A stretch of DNA of 64,000 nt from Actinomycetota bacterium (GTDB taxonomy: Bacteria; Actinomycetota; JAICYB01). Where the stretch lies: positions 1,450-65,449 of the forward strand of contig DASQWC010000215.1 in the NCBI GenBank assembly GCA_035640475.1, given 5' to 3'. Positions 9,234-19,358 of the stretch are shown here, one piece after another (position 1 is the stretch's first letter; every line of letters starts with the position of its first letter). The position numbers were made by a program, and so were the translations under genes. The notes under the pieces are model-generated. The model was not told the origin of the DNA. It did not search any database and saw nothing but the letters and a program-made list of their open reading frames with translations.

Positions 9234-9613
9234 GCACGCTCGACGACCTGACCCCACCGCGCGAAGGGATCGTGCTCGGCACGTTTGCGTAGCGGATTCC
9301 GTCCGGTGAAGGCGGAGCGCAGCATCAGCGCCGTGAAGGCGCGCTGCCCGCTCGTCCGGAGCCCGATCCCGTGGAGCTCACGATCGACCGCGACGAGATG
9401 ACCGCCGCGGAGCCGCCAATACAACACGGCGAACCCTCCGATGGCACCGAGGATGCCGACCCAGCTGCCGCCGCCGGCAAGCAGGATGCCGTCCAGCACG
9501 ACGAGCCCGGCGAAGGCAAGAAGCCACATGATGCGTTCGGCTTCGGAGAACGCAGCGCGATCGATGGCGGCACGAAGCCGCCGCGCTTCATCCGGTGTCG
9601 GAACGTAGGGCAT
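9203..9613 (-). CDS. hypothetical membrane protein
   Basis: ORF with two predicted TM helices (IMWLLAFAGLVVLDGILLAGG, VGILGAIGGFAVLYW). Convergent 31-nt overlap with the previous gene. Confidence 0.5.
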   Translation of the reverse strand: MPYVPTPDEARRLRAAIDRAAFSEAERIMWLLAFAGLVVLDGILLAGGGSWVGILGAIGGFAVLYWRLRGGHLVAVDRELHGIGLRTSGQRAFTALMLRSAFTGRNPLRKRAEHDPFARWGQVVERAQVSEEAASE

Positions 9614-9625
9614 CCTGCGGGGGCG

Positions 9626-9988
9626 CTACTGGTCTCGCCGGCGCGTTCGCATTCGATCTTCGGCGCGCCGCCACGCATCCCGCAGCATCGTCGACGGCGA
9701 ACGGCCGACCGCAGCCAGGCTCCGGACCGAGCTGACGACACCGATGACCGACGCCAGCATCACCAGGAATCCCAGTACGCCGAGGATGAGATTCGTCGTG
9801 TAACCCAGCAGAAGAGCAAGCCCGGCGACGAACCCGAGGATGCTCAGACGGAGCGTACGCGACGCATTGCGTGTGGGTCGCGCTTCGGAGACCTGGCGAA
9901 CGAAATCGGGATCCTCAGCAGCGAGGTTCTTCTCGATCTCCGCGAGAATCCGCTGTTCTTGCTCGGAAAGGGACGGCTCGTCCGTCAT
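9626..9988 (-). CDS. DUF3040-type membrane protein
   Basis: MTDEPSLSEQEQRILAEIEKNLAAEDPDF followed by two TM helices is the classic DUF3040 layout. Confidence 0.75.
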   Translation of the reverse strand: MTDEPSLSEQEQRILAEIEKNLAAEDPDFVRQVSEARPTRNASRTLRLSILGFVAGLALLLGYTTNLILGVLGFLVMLASVIGVVSSVRSLAAVGRSPSTMLRDAWRRAEDRMRTRRRDQ

Positions 9989-10650
9989 CTGGCAGCAGTA
10001 TATCCCTCAACGCTCGCAACAACCTCTGGTGGAACGAGGCCGGTCAATCCGCCTCCGGCGAGCGCACGGCGCCTCACTTCTGTCGATGAGATGCCCATAG
10101 TTCGGTCGTCCGGAAACACGTCCGACGCGTCGAGCACGCGAACGTCGTCGCGATCGACTGCCGATCCTTCGCGCGGGACGACCAGGAAGGACAGCTCTTC
10201 GAAGGTTGCGGTGACGCCGCGCATGCCATCCGGATAGAAGGACGGATCGGCAAGCTGTGCGAGCTTGTCCGAGCCGATCACGAATGTCGGCTCGATGCCG
10301 TGCACCAGGCATGCGCGGCCAACGTCAAGGTACGTGCCCCGATTCGCGATGCCCAGTCCGAAGTGACGGACGACGGCAATCCGGTCGAGCAACTCGACCC
10401 GATCACGCGGAGGAATGAGCACGTCGCCTTCGCGCGCCAGCAGCTCCTTGGTGAGACACAACGCGCCGGGCAATCCCTCGGACCGGGACGCAGCATCGAG
10501 GATCGCGACGTGCGCGCGCGTCGGTGGGTCGAACGCGCCGAGCAGGAAGACGACACGGGAACCGTCCACCGGCCGGTGCCAGATGAACTGCGGCGGCCCG
10601 TTTGCGTCGAGAGAATCCCAGACGTTCAGGCTTGTCCCAGGCGGGACCAT
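9985..10650 (-). CDS. cytidylyltransferase-fold nucleotidyltransferase (NadD-like)
   Basis: ORF 9985..10797. VVFLLGAFDPPTRAHVAIL (HxGH-like motif) and ISSTEVRRR (SxxxxR) are present. Start set at ATG 10650. Confidence 0.65.
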   Translation of the reverse strand: MVPPGTSLNVWDSLDANGPPQFIWHRPVDGSRVVFLLGAFDPPTRAHVAILDAASRSEGLPGALCLTKELLAREGDVLIPPRDRVELLDRIAVVRHFGLGIANRGTYLDVGRACLVHGIEPTFVIGSDKLAQLADPSFYPDGMRGVTATFEELSFLVVPREGSAVDRDDVRVLDASDVFPDDRTMGISSTEVRRRALAGGGLTGLVPPEVVASVEGYTAAR

Positions 10651-11111
10651 TCGTTCGCAGCGCGGACGAGCTCGCCGTCCGTCCACTTGGCGAGCGGCTT
10701 CGTGAGCGGCACACTCGCCCCGACGACGCGAGAAGGCGGCGGGGGCTCGGCGAGCCCGCGCTTTCTGAGCTCGCCGATCAGCGGCGAGGCCTCCCACGCG
10801 TCCTTTGCGCGCTTGGCCTGCCGGCGCGCGTAGCCGGCGATCTGCGCCGCATACTGCTGCAGCTCGTCGTTCCCGAGGTCGGCAAGGTGGTCGATGAACG
10901 AGGGTGGCTGGGACGCGTACGCCTGGCGCGGAGCGCTCTCCAGACCCGTGGGGACCCGGATCTTCCGCGATCGGAGCAGCTCGGCGAGAGCGACGGGAAA
11001 CGACGCCTGCGGGTCGCGGAGCTTGCGAACGTTCGACCCGCCGCCCGCTGCTTGCGATTGCGAACGGCGCGGCGGTGGTTTGCGTCCCCGTCCAGTCATG
11101 ACCAACAGCAT
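10626..11111 (-). CDS. hypothetical protein
   Basis: ORF with reasonable composition (DHLADLGNDELQQYAAQIAGYARRQAKRAKDAWEASPLIGELRKRG) and a 25-nt overlap with the downstream gene. No motif recognised. Confidence 0.45.
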   Translation of the reverse strand: MLLVMTGRGRKPPPRRSQSQAAGGGSNVRKLRDPQASFPVALAELLRSRKIRVPTGLESAPRQAYASQPPSFIDHLADLGNDELQQYAAQIAGYARRQAKRAKDAWEASPLIGELRKRGLAEPPPPSRVVGASVPLTKPLAKWTDGELVRAANEWSRLGQA

Positions 11112-11227
11112 GCCCTATCCGGCCGTAAGGTTTCCGACCTCGGCGACTACAATTCGAAAGGCAGCGCTCGGGGGCGCATGCTAGGGAACGTCGCAGCCTC
11201 TGGGGTCGTTGTTCTTAGTGAGGCCTC

Positions 11228-12592
11228 ATGAAAACTCAACACGTTGCAGGGAGAGGTCGGCTTCTGCGCCTGTCGGCGGCCTGTATCGCCGGCATCGCGC
11301 TTGCGAGCCTGACGACCGGACTTGCCGGCGGGGCCACGGAAGACTTCATCGCTGGGAGCGGCAAAGCGTACGCGCAGGTCGTTCGCGTCGGACCGACGGC
11401 CGCGCGGCTGAGTCTGGCCCCGGTCATCGGACTGACGCTTGCCGACTTCACGGACACGGTCGCTCGTGGAGCGGCGGCGGACGCGGATCTCGCGGCCATC
11501 GGCGTCGCCAGTCCCTGCACCGACGCACAGGTGCCCAGAGTCAGGGTGTCATCGCAGGACAAAGATGCAGACAAGGGCGTGACCAACAGCTTCGCCGGAA
11601 GCCCCGGCTCGGGGATCGGAACATTGTTCGCGCGCGCGACGAAGTCGCCGTTTGCCGAGTCGCGCTTCAAGTTCGGCGACTTCGAGGTTCCCGGACTCAT
11701 GACGATCGGTGCGGGCGTCGGTTACACATCGAGCGGCATCGTGTCGAAGGGCATCCGGGAGTCGAAGGCCGTCGTCGACATCGCCGACTTCTCTTTCGGC
11801 GGGATGGTGACGCTCACCGGCCTGCATTGGGAAGCCGTCCAGCGGTCCAAAGGAGACGACAAGCCGAAAGTGACCGCACGCTTCGCGCTGCAGGGAGCGT
11901 CCATCGGCGCGCTTCCGATTCCGGTCTCGGATCTCGCCTCGGCCCTGCGGTCCATCAACGAGGCGATCGCACCGACGGGATTCTCCATCTCGCTTCCGGT
12001 CGACGACTCCGCCGCAGGAGTCGCGGCGATGTCGCCGCTCCAGATCCAGATCGCGAACTCGCCTCTCGGGCGCCAGTTCCTGGGCCCGATCCTCGCAGCG
12101 GCACAACCGATTCGTGAGCCGCTCGCCGACGAGCTGATTCCACTCCTCAAGCAGCCGAAGGAGATCGTCGGCGGCAACCCGAATGACTGCGATCAAACGA
12201 CGGTCCCCGACTTGAGCGTGGCCGTCCTCGCCGCGGATCTCGGGATCGGCGTTGCCGCCGGCTCCTCGGAGCTCCACATCGAGCTCGGCGGCGTCAACGC
12301 CTACACCGAAGGCCAGCGATTCGAGAATCCGTTCGGGTTCGGCGATTTCCGTCCTCCCCCGGCCGGGCGGCAAACGGTCTTCACACCGGGGACGCCCGGC
12401 CAACCCGGTGTCCCGGGAACACCGGGCGAGGAGGGTGTGCTCGCTGCGCAGCCCGGCGCCGGAGGGCAACGGACGATTCCCGGTGGACGAGGCGGCATCG
12501 CGCTCGCGGTCGGCATCGCGGGCCTCGCGGTAGCGGTCGCCCTCGCGGTCGCCGACTACCGGCGAATGAAGGCAACGCGCGCGGCAGCGTGA
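11228..12592 (+). CDS. secreted protein with C-terminal membrane anchor, function unknown
   Basis: N-terminal signal peptide (LLRLSAACIAGIALASLTTGLAGGA), a short Gly-X-Pro run, and a C-terminal TM plus basic tail (IALAVGIAGLAVAVALAVADYRRMK). First gene of the ABC operon. Confidence 0.7.
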   Translation: MKTQHVAGRGRLLRLSAACIAGIALASLTTGLAGGATEDFIAGSGKAYAQVVRVGPTAARLSLAPVIGLTLADFTDTVARGAAADADLAAIGVASPCTDAQVPRVRVSSQDKDADKGVTNSFAGSPGSGIGTLFARATKSPFAESRFKFGDFEVPGLMTIGAGVGYTSSGIVSKGIRESKAVVDIADFSFGGMVTLTGLHWEAVQRSKGDDKPKVTARFALQGASIGALPIPVSDLASALRSINEAIAPTGFSISLPVDDSAAGVAAMSPLQIQIANSPLGRQFLGPILAAAQPIREPLADELIPLLKQPKEIVGGNPNDCDQTTVPDLSVAVLAADLGIGVAAGSSELHIELGGVNAYTEGQRFENPFGFGDFRPPPAGRQTVFTPGTPGQPGVPGTPGEEGVLAAQPGAGGQRTIPGGRGGIALAVGIAGLAVAVALAVADYRRMKATRAAA

Positions 12593-12596
12593 TCAC

Positions 12597-12782
12597 ATGA
12601 CAGACGTCGAAGAACAGCAGAGCGACCGCAGGTCGACGGCTCGCCGTCTGATTCGCTCGTACGGACTCTTGATCCTTCTCGCGCTTGCCTTCCTGTTGAT
12701 GGCGCTGTTCGTCCGGGAGAAAGAGCGCACGGTGCCCGTCGAGAGCATGCCGCTGCCCGCCGAGATCACAGGCGCCCTATGA
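12597..12782 (+). CDS. small single-pass membrane protein
   Basis: 61-aa ORF with one TM (LLILLALAFLLMALFV). It starts 4 nt after the previous stop and overlaps the next start (ATGA). Confidence 0.5.
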   Translation: MTDVEEQQSDRRSTARRLIRSYGLLILLALAFLLMALFVREKERTVPVESMPLPAEITGAL

Positions 12783-14401
12783 GCACGGTCGCGGAGCAAT
12801 CGTCGGTCTCGCTGGCCCGGGTGCTGAAGGGGTACGGACCGCTGGTCGCGTTTGTCGTCCTGTTCGCCATGATGGCTGCCTTCCTTCCCAGCAAGCTCCG
12901 GACGGCGGATGTGGCGGCCGGCGGCTCGGCTCCCGGAACGGTCGGCGGCGGCGCAGGGTCGAAAGGCACGAAGGGTACGGCCGGGACCGCCGGCACCAAG
13001 GGAAGCAGCTCGACGATCGGCGGCCCCGTGGCTCCGGCAAAGGGCAGCTGTCCCGACCGCGACAAGCAGGTTCCCGGCGATCCCTACTCGCCGCCGTGCA
13101 TCGCGTTCTCCGGCCCGAACGGCGGCGCCACGTCACGCGGCGTCACCAAGGACGAGATCACGGTCTCCTTCCGCGTTCTGAACGAGAAGGGCTTCCAGCA
13201 GACACTCGCCGCGCTCGCAGGAGCCGAGATCGCCGACCGGCCGTCGGACATCAAGCGCACCGTGACGGCGTTCGAGCAGTACTTCAACGAGCGATTCCAG
13301 TTCTACGGCCGCAAGATCAAGTTCGCGTTCTACAACGGCCGCGGCTCCTCGACCGACGAGCTTCTCGGCGGCGGTCAGGCCGAGGCGCAAGCCGACGCGA
13401 TCCACGTCGCCAACACGATCAAAGCTTTTGCCGAGCTCAACGGAGCGACCGCGCCGTTTGCCGACGCGCTCTCGCGCCAGAAGACGCTGGCCTTCGGGAC
13501 GCCGTACCTCTCGCGCAAATGGCACGTCGAGCACAGGCCGTGGAACTGGAGCATCGCGACCGACTGCTCCATCGTGGCCGAGACGGCCGCTGAGTATTAC
13601 GTGAACCTGCTTGCGAACAAGCCGGCAAAGTGGGCCGGGCCGGGCCTGCAGAACAAGCCGCGCAAGCTCGCCGGGCTCTCACCGGAGAACCCGTGGTACG
13701 CCGAATGCCACGACGACTTCGAGACGGTCATCGAGACGCAGACCGGCCGCAAGCCCCCCGTTCGCGCCAACTACCGGCTCGACATCAACTCCATGTCGAA
13801 CCAGGCGGCGAATGTGATCGCGCGATTGAAGAGTGAGCAGGCGACGACGATCTTCTGCGGCTGCGACCCCATCTTCCCGGTCTTCCTGACGACCAAGGCG
13901 GCCGAGCAGAACTACAACCCGGAATGGGTCGTCGTCGGCGTCGCGCTCACCGATCACGACCTCGTGGGACAGCTCTACGACCAGGAACAGTGGTCGCGCG
14001 CGGCCGGCGTCAGCTACGCAGGTCCGATCACGCCGCTGCGCGCCGGCCTCGGTTATGCGGCGTACAAGTCGGTACGCAGCGACGAGCCTGCGTTCTCCGT
14101 CGAGATCATCTACGCGCAGATGTACATGCTCGCGCTCGGCATACAACTCGCCGGGCCGACCCTCACGCCCGAAACATTCGAGCAAGGGATGTTCACGTAT
14201 CCGGGCGGCACCGGTTTGTACGGAACGTGGGGCTTCGCACCGGGTGAATACACGCCGACACGCGACGCCACGATCCTGTGGTGGAACCCGGAGAAGATCT
14301 CCATCTACAACAACAAGAAGGGTGCATACGTCCTCGGGTACGGCGGGAAGCGGTTCGCCATCCATCACCTGCCGAAGGGCGAGCCAGACATCTTCAAGTG
14401 A
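12779..14401 (+). CDS. ABC transporter substrate-binding protein (type I periplasmic binding fold, Liv-like), membrane anchored
   Basis: N-terminal TM, a Gly/Thr/Lys-rich linker, then a large PBP-like domain. Sits immediately upstream of the Liv-type permease and ATPase genes. Confidence 0.8.
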   Translation: MSTVAEQSSVSLARVLKGYGPLVAFVVLFAMMAAFLPSKLRTADVAAGGSAPGTVGGGAGSKGTKGTAGTAGTKGSSSTIGGPVAPAKGSCPDRDKQVPGDPYSPPCIAFSGPNGGATSRGVTKDEITVSFRVLNEKGFQQTLAALAGAEIADRPSDIKRTVTAFEQYFNERFQFYGRKIKFAFYNGRGSSTDELLGGGQAEAQADAIHVANTIKAFAELNGATAPFADALSRQKTLAFGTPYLSRKWHVEHRPWNWSIATDCSIVAETAAEYYVNLLANKPAKWAGPGLQNKPRKLAGLSPENPWYAECHDDFETVIETQTGRKPPVRANYRLDINSMSNQAANVIARLKSEQATTIFCGCDPIFPVFLTTKAAEQNYNPEWVVVGVALTDHDLVGQLYDQEQWSRAAGVSYAGPITPLRAGLGYAAYKSVRSDEPAFSVEIIYAQMYMLALGIQLAGPTLTPETFEQGMFTYPGGTGLYGTWGFAPGEYTPTRDATILWWNPEKISIYNNKKGAYVLGYGGKRFAIHHLPKGEPDIFK

Positions 14402-16551
14402 CGGCTCTCGACACCGTGAACGAGCGGTTGCGGCTGGATCGCTTCTCGCCGAGCGTGCGCCGGACGGTCCTCACGGCGGCCGTCGCCGTACTCGCCGCCG
14501 CGCTGTGGGCGATCACGTCCATGATCTGGCCGAACTCGGCTCCCCTCGGCCTCGTGCTCCAGGGAGTGGTGTTCGGCACCGTCACCGGCCTGCTCGGTAT
14601 CGGGCTCGTCCTGATCTACCGCACGAACAAGATGATCAATTTCGCCTACGGCTCGATGGGCGGCGTTGCGGGTGTGCTGTCGGTGATGCTCTTCGTCGAG
14701 GCCGGGATGAACTACTACCTCTCGATGGCGATCGGCCTCGTCGTCGGTCTCGTCGTGGGCGGGGTCGTCGAGATCCTCGTCATCCGGCGATTCGCCAACG
14801 CGACGCGTCTGATCCTCACCGTCGCCACGATCGGGCTCGCACAAGTGCTCGGCGTCATCCAGCTCTACATCCCGACGTGGTTCGGCTCGGCCGGCATCGT
14901 CGGCGGCTTCGAGACGCCGTTCTCCTTCAAATTCGAGATCTCGCCGGTCACCTTCACCGGCGACCACCTCGCGATACTCGTCGCGGTCCCGCCGATCCTG
15001 TTCGGCCTCGCGTGGTTCATGCTCCGGACCGACGTCGGGATTGCCGTCCGGGCGGCAGCGGACAACGCCGATCGCGCATTGCTCTACGGCATTCCCATCA
15101 AGCGGCTGTCGACAATCGTGTGGGTCGTCGCCGGGGGCCTGGCCGGACTGACGTTCATTCTCAAAGCCCCGTTTGCGGGATCGACGTCGACAGCACTGGG
15201 GAGCATCTCGTCGCTGCTTCTGCCGGCGATCGCCGCCGCCGTCGTCGCGCAGATGGAGTCACTTCCGCGCGCGTTTGCAGCCGGTGTCGGCCTCGGCATC
15301 GTCGAGCAGGTCGTGTTCTGGAACACAAAAAAGGCGTCGGCTATCACCGTCGCGTTTCTCGGTGTAATCCTCCTGTCGCTGCTCCTCCAAAAGGAGAAGG
15401 TGTCGCGTGCGATGGAGCACGGCAGCACGTGGAGCTCGACGGGGATCATCCGCCCGACACCTGACGAGCTGAAGGACCTGCCGGAAGTTCGCTTCGCAAA
15501 GTGGACGCTCATCCTCGCCGGCTTGTTCGTCGCGATCTGGCTGCCCCTCCAGATGGAGGCCGGCGACGTGAATCTCATCGCCGTCGGGCTCGTGTGGGGC
15601 ATCGTCGCCGTCTCGCTCGTCGAGCTCACCGGGTGGGGCGGACACATCAGCCTCGGTCAGTTCGCGATCGTCGGAGTCGGCGCGATCGCCTACGGCAACA
15701 TCGTGATGCGGCACAACATCGACATGTTCGTCGTCCTCCTCTGCGCCGGTGTGGCCGGAGGGATCATCGCGCTGCTCGTCGGACTTCCGGCACTGCGCAT
15801 CCGCGGCCTGTTCCTCGCCGCGACGACTCTCGCGTTCGCCGCCGCGCTCGACGCGTTCTTCCTCAACCCGACGAACTTCCCCGACTACATCCCGGGAAGC
15901 GTTCCTCGGCCCACGCTCTTTGAGCGCTTCGATCTCGAAAGCGAGTGGGCGATGTACTACCTCACTCTCGCGTTTCTCGTCGTGACGATCCTGGCCGCAT
16001 TGGGAATACGGAAGGCTCGCGCCGGACGGGCACTGCTCGCCACGAGGGACAACTATCGCGCGGCCGGCGCGGCCGCAGTTCCCACCACGGCGGCGAAGCT
16101 CTCCGGCTTCGTTCTCTCCGGCGTCGTCGCCGGCATCGCCGGCGGCCTGTTCATCCTGATTCTCCGCGGCGCGCGCGCGGGCACCTTCCTGCCGGACATG
16201 AGTATCGAGGTGTTCTCGACGGCCGTGATCGGCGGCCTGGGCTCGATAGTCGGCGCGCTGCTCGGCGTGTTCTCGTTCCGGCTTCTCGAGCGCGTGCTCT
16301 CCGGTGAAGCGCGGCTCGCCGTCAGCGGCACCGGGCTCCTGCTCATCCTGCTCGTGCTGCCCGGCGGCCTCGGGCAAGCGGTCTTCGCGCTACGCGATCG
16401 ACTGCTGCGTCTCGTCGCGAGCCGGCGCGGGATCCTCGTGCCGAGCCTGGTCGCCGACCGCCGCGTCACGGAAGAAGAGCAACACGCCGATCAGTCGGCA
16501 ATGCTCTCGGGCGCCCTCGAGCCCGAGCCTGCGAAAGCGGGACGGCGATGA
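14398..16551 (+). CDS. branched-chain amino acid ABC permease, fused LivH-like + LivM-like halves
   Basis: ORF 14278..16551; about 20 hydrophobic segments in two permease halves. The GTG 14398 start overlaps the SBP stop (GTGA). Confidence 0.88.
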   Translation: MTALDTVNERLRLDRFSPSVRRTVLTAAVAVLAAALWAITSMIWPNSAPLGLVLQGVVFGTVTGLLGIGLVLIYRTNKMINFAYGSMGGVAGVLSVMLFVEAGMNYYLSMAIGLVVGLVVGGVVEILVIRRFANATRLILTVATIGLAQVLGVIQLYIPTWFGSAGIVGGFETPFSFKFEISPVTFTGDHLAILVAVPPILFGLAWFMLRTDVGIAVRAAADNADRALLYGIPIKRLSTIVWVVAGGLAGLTFILKAPFAGSTSTALGSISSLLLPAIAAAVVAQMESLPRAFAAGVGLGIVEQVVFWNTKKASAITVAFLGVILLSLLLQKEKVSRAMEHGSTWSSTGIIRPTPDELKDLPEVRFAKWTLILAGLFVAIWLPLQMEAGDVNLIAVGLVWGIVAVSLVELTGWGGHISLGQFAIVGVGAIAYGNIVMRHNIDMFVVLLCAGVAGGIIALLVGLPALRIRGLFLAATTLAFAAALDAFFLNPTNFPDYIPGSVPRPTLFERFDLESEWAMYYLTLAFLVVTILAALGIRKARAGRALLATRDNYRAAGAAAVPTTAAKLSGFVLSGVVAGIAGGLFILILRGARAGTFLPDMSIEVFSTAVIGGLGSIVGALLGVFSFRLLERVLSGEARLAVSGTGLLLILLVLPGGLGQAVFALRDRLLRLVASRRGILVPSLVADRRVTEEEQHADQSAMLSGALEPEPAKAGRR

Positions 16552-18200
16552 GCGACAACGGCTCGCCGTTCCTGCGCTGCACGAACCTCGACGTCGGCTA
16601 CGGGCCGGTCCAGGTGTTGTTCGGCGTCGACTTCGAGTGCGAGCAGGGCGAGATCGTCGCACTGCTCGGCACGAACGGCGCCGGGAAGTCGACATTGCTG
16701 AAAGCCATCTCCGGACTCTTGAAGCCGATGGCCGGGAAGATCGAGTTCAAAGGCGAGAACATCACCGGTATGGCCGCCAACCGGACGGCGGCTCTCGGCG
16801 TGCTGCAGATGCCGGGCGGCAAGAGCGTGTTTCCGACGCTCACCGTCGAAGAGAACCTGCGTCTCGCATCGTGGCTCTTCCGCGGCGAGAAGCAGCGCGT
16901 CGCCGAAGAGCTCGAGAAGGTGCTCGACATGTTTCCCCGTTTGCGAGAGCGCTACAACCAGATGGCCGGGAACCTCTCCGGCGGCGAGCAGCAGATGATG
17001 AGTCTCGCCGGAGTCTTCATGAACCAGCCGACGGTCCTCATGATCGACGAGCTCTCACTCGGCCTCGCACCGACCGTCGTCGGCGAGCTCATCGACGTCG
17101 TCCACCACGTGCACGATCAGACGGGCGTCACGATCATCGTCGTCGAGCAATCGGTCAACGTCGCGCTCACCCTCGCCAAGCGCGCGGCCTTCATGGAGAA
17201 AGGCGAAGTTCGTTTCGAGGGACCGACGGCAGAGCTCCTCGAACGCCCCGACATCCTTCGGTCCGTCTTCATCGCCGGCGCCAGCGCGTCCAGGGACGGT
17301 CAGTCGAACGGAAAGAAGTCGGCGAAGCGCAAACAGACAAAACGCAAGCGGCCGCCGGCCGACGCACCGGTCGTCCTCGAATGTATCGACGTATCAAAGA
17401 CGTTCGGCGGCATCCGAGCGGTCGATGAGGTAAGCATCCAGCTCAAGCGCGGCGAGATCATGGGACTCATCGGGCCAAACGGCTCGGGCAAGACCACGCT
17501 GTTCGACTGCATCTCGGGATTCCTGCCCATCGACGGCGGCCGTGTCATCGTCAACAACAAAGACGTCACCGAGCTCACGCCCCACGAACGCGCGCTGGCC
17601 GGGCTCGGGCGCTCGTTCCAGGAAGCACGGCTGTATCCGTCGCTGAGCGTGGCCGAAACGGTCGCCGTCGCGCTCGAGCGGCACCTCGAGTCCAAGGACA
17701 TCGTCGCCGCCGCGATGCACTTGCCCGCCACGTACGAATCGGAGCTCGCCGCATCGGTTCGCGTCGACGAGCTGATCGACCTGATGGGGCTGAATGCCTT
17801 CCGCGAGAAGCTCACCGGCGAGCTGTCGACGGGAACACGCCGCATCGTCGACATCGCATGCATCCTCGCGCAGGATCCGGAAATCGTCCTGCTGGACGAG
17901 CCGTCCGGTGGCGTCGCGCAACGAGAGACGGAAGCGCTGGGCCCGCTTCTGGAGCGCGTCCAGGAGTACACGGGTTGCTCGATCCTGATCATCGAACACG
18001 ACATGCCGCTGCTCACATCGATCTGCGACCGTATGGTTGCGCTCGAGACCGGTGCGGTCATCGCCGAAGGCACGCCGAAGCAGACCCTCAACCATCCGCG
18101 TGTCGTCGAGTCCTATCTCGGGACGAACGAGGCGGCGATCATGCGCTCGGGCGAGCACAAGGCCGGACGGCGTCTGCGCAGAAAGTCCCGGGCCCGCTAG
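16548..18200 (+). CDS. ABC transporter ATPase, fused LivF-like + LivG-like halves
   Basis: Two ATPase cassettes joined by a Lys-rich linker. The first has GTNGAGKST...LSGGEQQM...IDELSLGLAP. The second has GPNGSGKTT...LSTGTRR...LLDEPSGGV. Confidence 0.9.
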   Translation: MSDNGSPFLRCTNLDVGYGPVQVLFGVDFECEQGEIVALLGTNGAGKSTLLKAISGLLKPMAGKIEFKGENITGMAANRTAALGVLQMPGGKSVFPTLTVEENLRLASWLFRGEKQRVAEELEKVLDMFPRLRERYNQMAGNLSGGEQQMMSLAGVFMNQPTVLMIDELSLGLAPTVVGELIDVVHHVHDQTGVTIIVVEQSVNVALTLAKRAAFMEKGEVRFEGPTAELLERPDILRSVFIAGASASRDGQSNGKKSAKRKQTKRKRPPADAPVVLECIDVSKTFGGIRAVDEVSIQLKRGEIMGLIGPNGSGKTTLFDCISGFLPIDGGRVIVNNKDVTELTPHERALAGLGRSFQEARLYPSLSVAETVAVALERHLESKDIVAAAMHLPATYESELAASVRVDELIDLMGLNAFREKLTGELSTGTRRIVDIACILAQDPEIVLLDEPSGGVAQRETEALGPLLERVQEYTGCSILIIEHDMPLLTSICDRMVALETGAVIAEGTPKQTLNHPRVVESYLGTNEAAIMRSGEHKAGRRLRRKSRAR

Positions 18201-19345
18201 AGCGCGTATCGGTCAAGCAAACGGCGGGCGATCACCAGCCGCTGGATCTCGTTCGTGCCCTCGCCGATGATCATCAGCGGCGCATCGCGGTAGTACCGCT
18301 CGACGGGGAATTCGGCCGAGTAGCCGTAGCCGCCGTGCACACGCATCGCATCGACGGCAACCTCCCGGCACATCTCAGACGCGAAGAGCTTCGCCATGCC
18401 CGCTTCGAGATCGGCGCGCTCGCCGGCGTCCTTGAGCTCGGCCGCGCGGAGGTACAGCAGGCGCGCAGCTTCGATCTTCGTCGCCATGTCCGCGAGCATG
18501 AATTGGATCGCCTGGTGCTCCGCGATCGGGCGTCCGAACGTTTCGCGCTGCTGCGCGTAGCGAATCGCTGCGTCGAAGGCCGCTCGGGCGACGCCGACGG
18601 CGCGCGCGGCGATGTTTACGCGTCCGGTCTCGAGGCCGTCCATCACTTGGGCGAATCCGTTTCCCTCGTCGCCGCCGACCAGGCCGGAAGCGGGAACGCG
18701 GACGCCGTCCAGCACCAGCTCGACCGTGTCGACGGCTCGGTAACCGAGCTTGTCGATGTGCTTCGAGATGTCGAAGCCGTCGCCCTTCTCCATCAGCAGG
18801 CACGACATGCCGTGGTGCGAGGGCTCGATGTCCGGGTTCGTCTTCACGAGTGTCGCGAACACGTTGCCATGCTCGCCGTTCGTGATGAACATCTTGTTTC
18901 CTTGCACGACGTATTCACCGTCGATGCGGCGGGCCACCGTCCGGATCGCCTGAAGATCGCTCCCACACCCGGGCTCGGTGAGCGCAAGGCCCGACCTCCG
19001 CTCACCCGACGCGAGCTTCGGCAGCCATTCCGCTCGCTGATCGTCGGTTCCGTGCTTTCCAACGATGTGCGCGCAGATGAGGTGGGTGTTGAAGACGCCG
19101 GACAGGGACATGAAGCCGCGGCACAGCTCCTCAACGCACATCGCGTACGTGACGAAATCGAGGCCCATACCGCCGAAGGACTCGGGGATCGTCGCGCCGA
19201 AGAACCCCATGGCGCCGAGCTGCTCGACGAGTTCGGCCGGATAGACGTCGTCGCGCTCGAGTGCCGGCGCCGCCGGGATCACTTCTTTGTCGACGAACTC
19301 GCGAACGGTCCGGACGAGCTCCTCGCGGACCTCGGACGTGCTCAT
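18197..19345 (-). CDS. acyl-CoA dehydrogenase
   Basis: LTEPGCGSD..., ...DGEYVVQGNKMFITNG... and a C-terminal ...YEGTNEIQRLVIARRLL-type motif (IGEGTNEIQRLVIARRLL). Confidence 0.92.
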   Translation of the reverse strand: MSTSEVREELVRTVREFVDKEVIPAAPALERDDVYPAELVEQLGAMGFFGATIPESFGGMGLDFVTYAMCVEELCRGFMSLSGVFNTHLICAHIVGKHGTDDQRAEWLPKLASGERRSGLALTEPGCGSDLQAIRTVARRIDGEYVVQGNKMFITNGEHGNVFATLVKTNPDIEPSHHGMSCLLMEKGDGFDISKHIDKLGYRAVDTVELVLDGVRVPASGLVGGDEGNGFAQVMDGLETGRVNIAARAVGVARAAFDAAIRYAQQRETFGRPIAEHQAIQFMLADMATKIEAARLLYLRAAELKDAGERADLEAGMAKLFASEMCREVAVDAMRVHGGYGYSAEFPVERYYRDAPLMIIGEGTNEIQRLVIARRLLDRYAL

Positions 19346-19358
19346 GTGACCGCCCGGC

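Noticed and set aside
12370-12435. Collagen-like Gly-X-Y run (GTPGQPGVPGTPGEEG) in the 454-aa secreted protein
   Set aside because: Only about five triplets, too short for a collagen triple-helix domain. It is likely a flexible linker before the membrane anchor.
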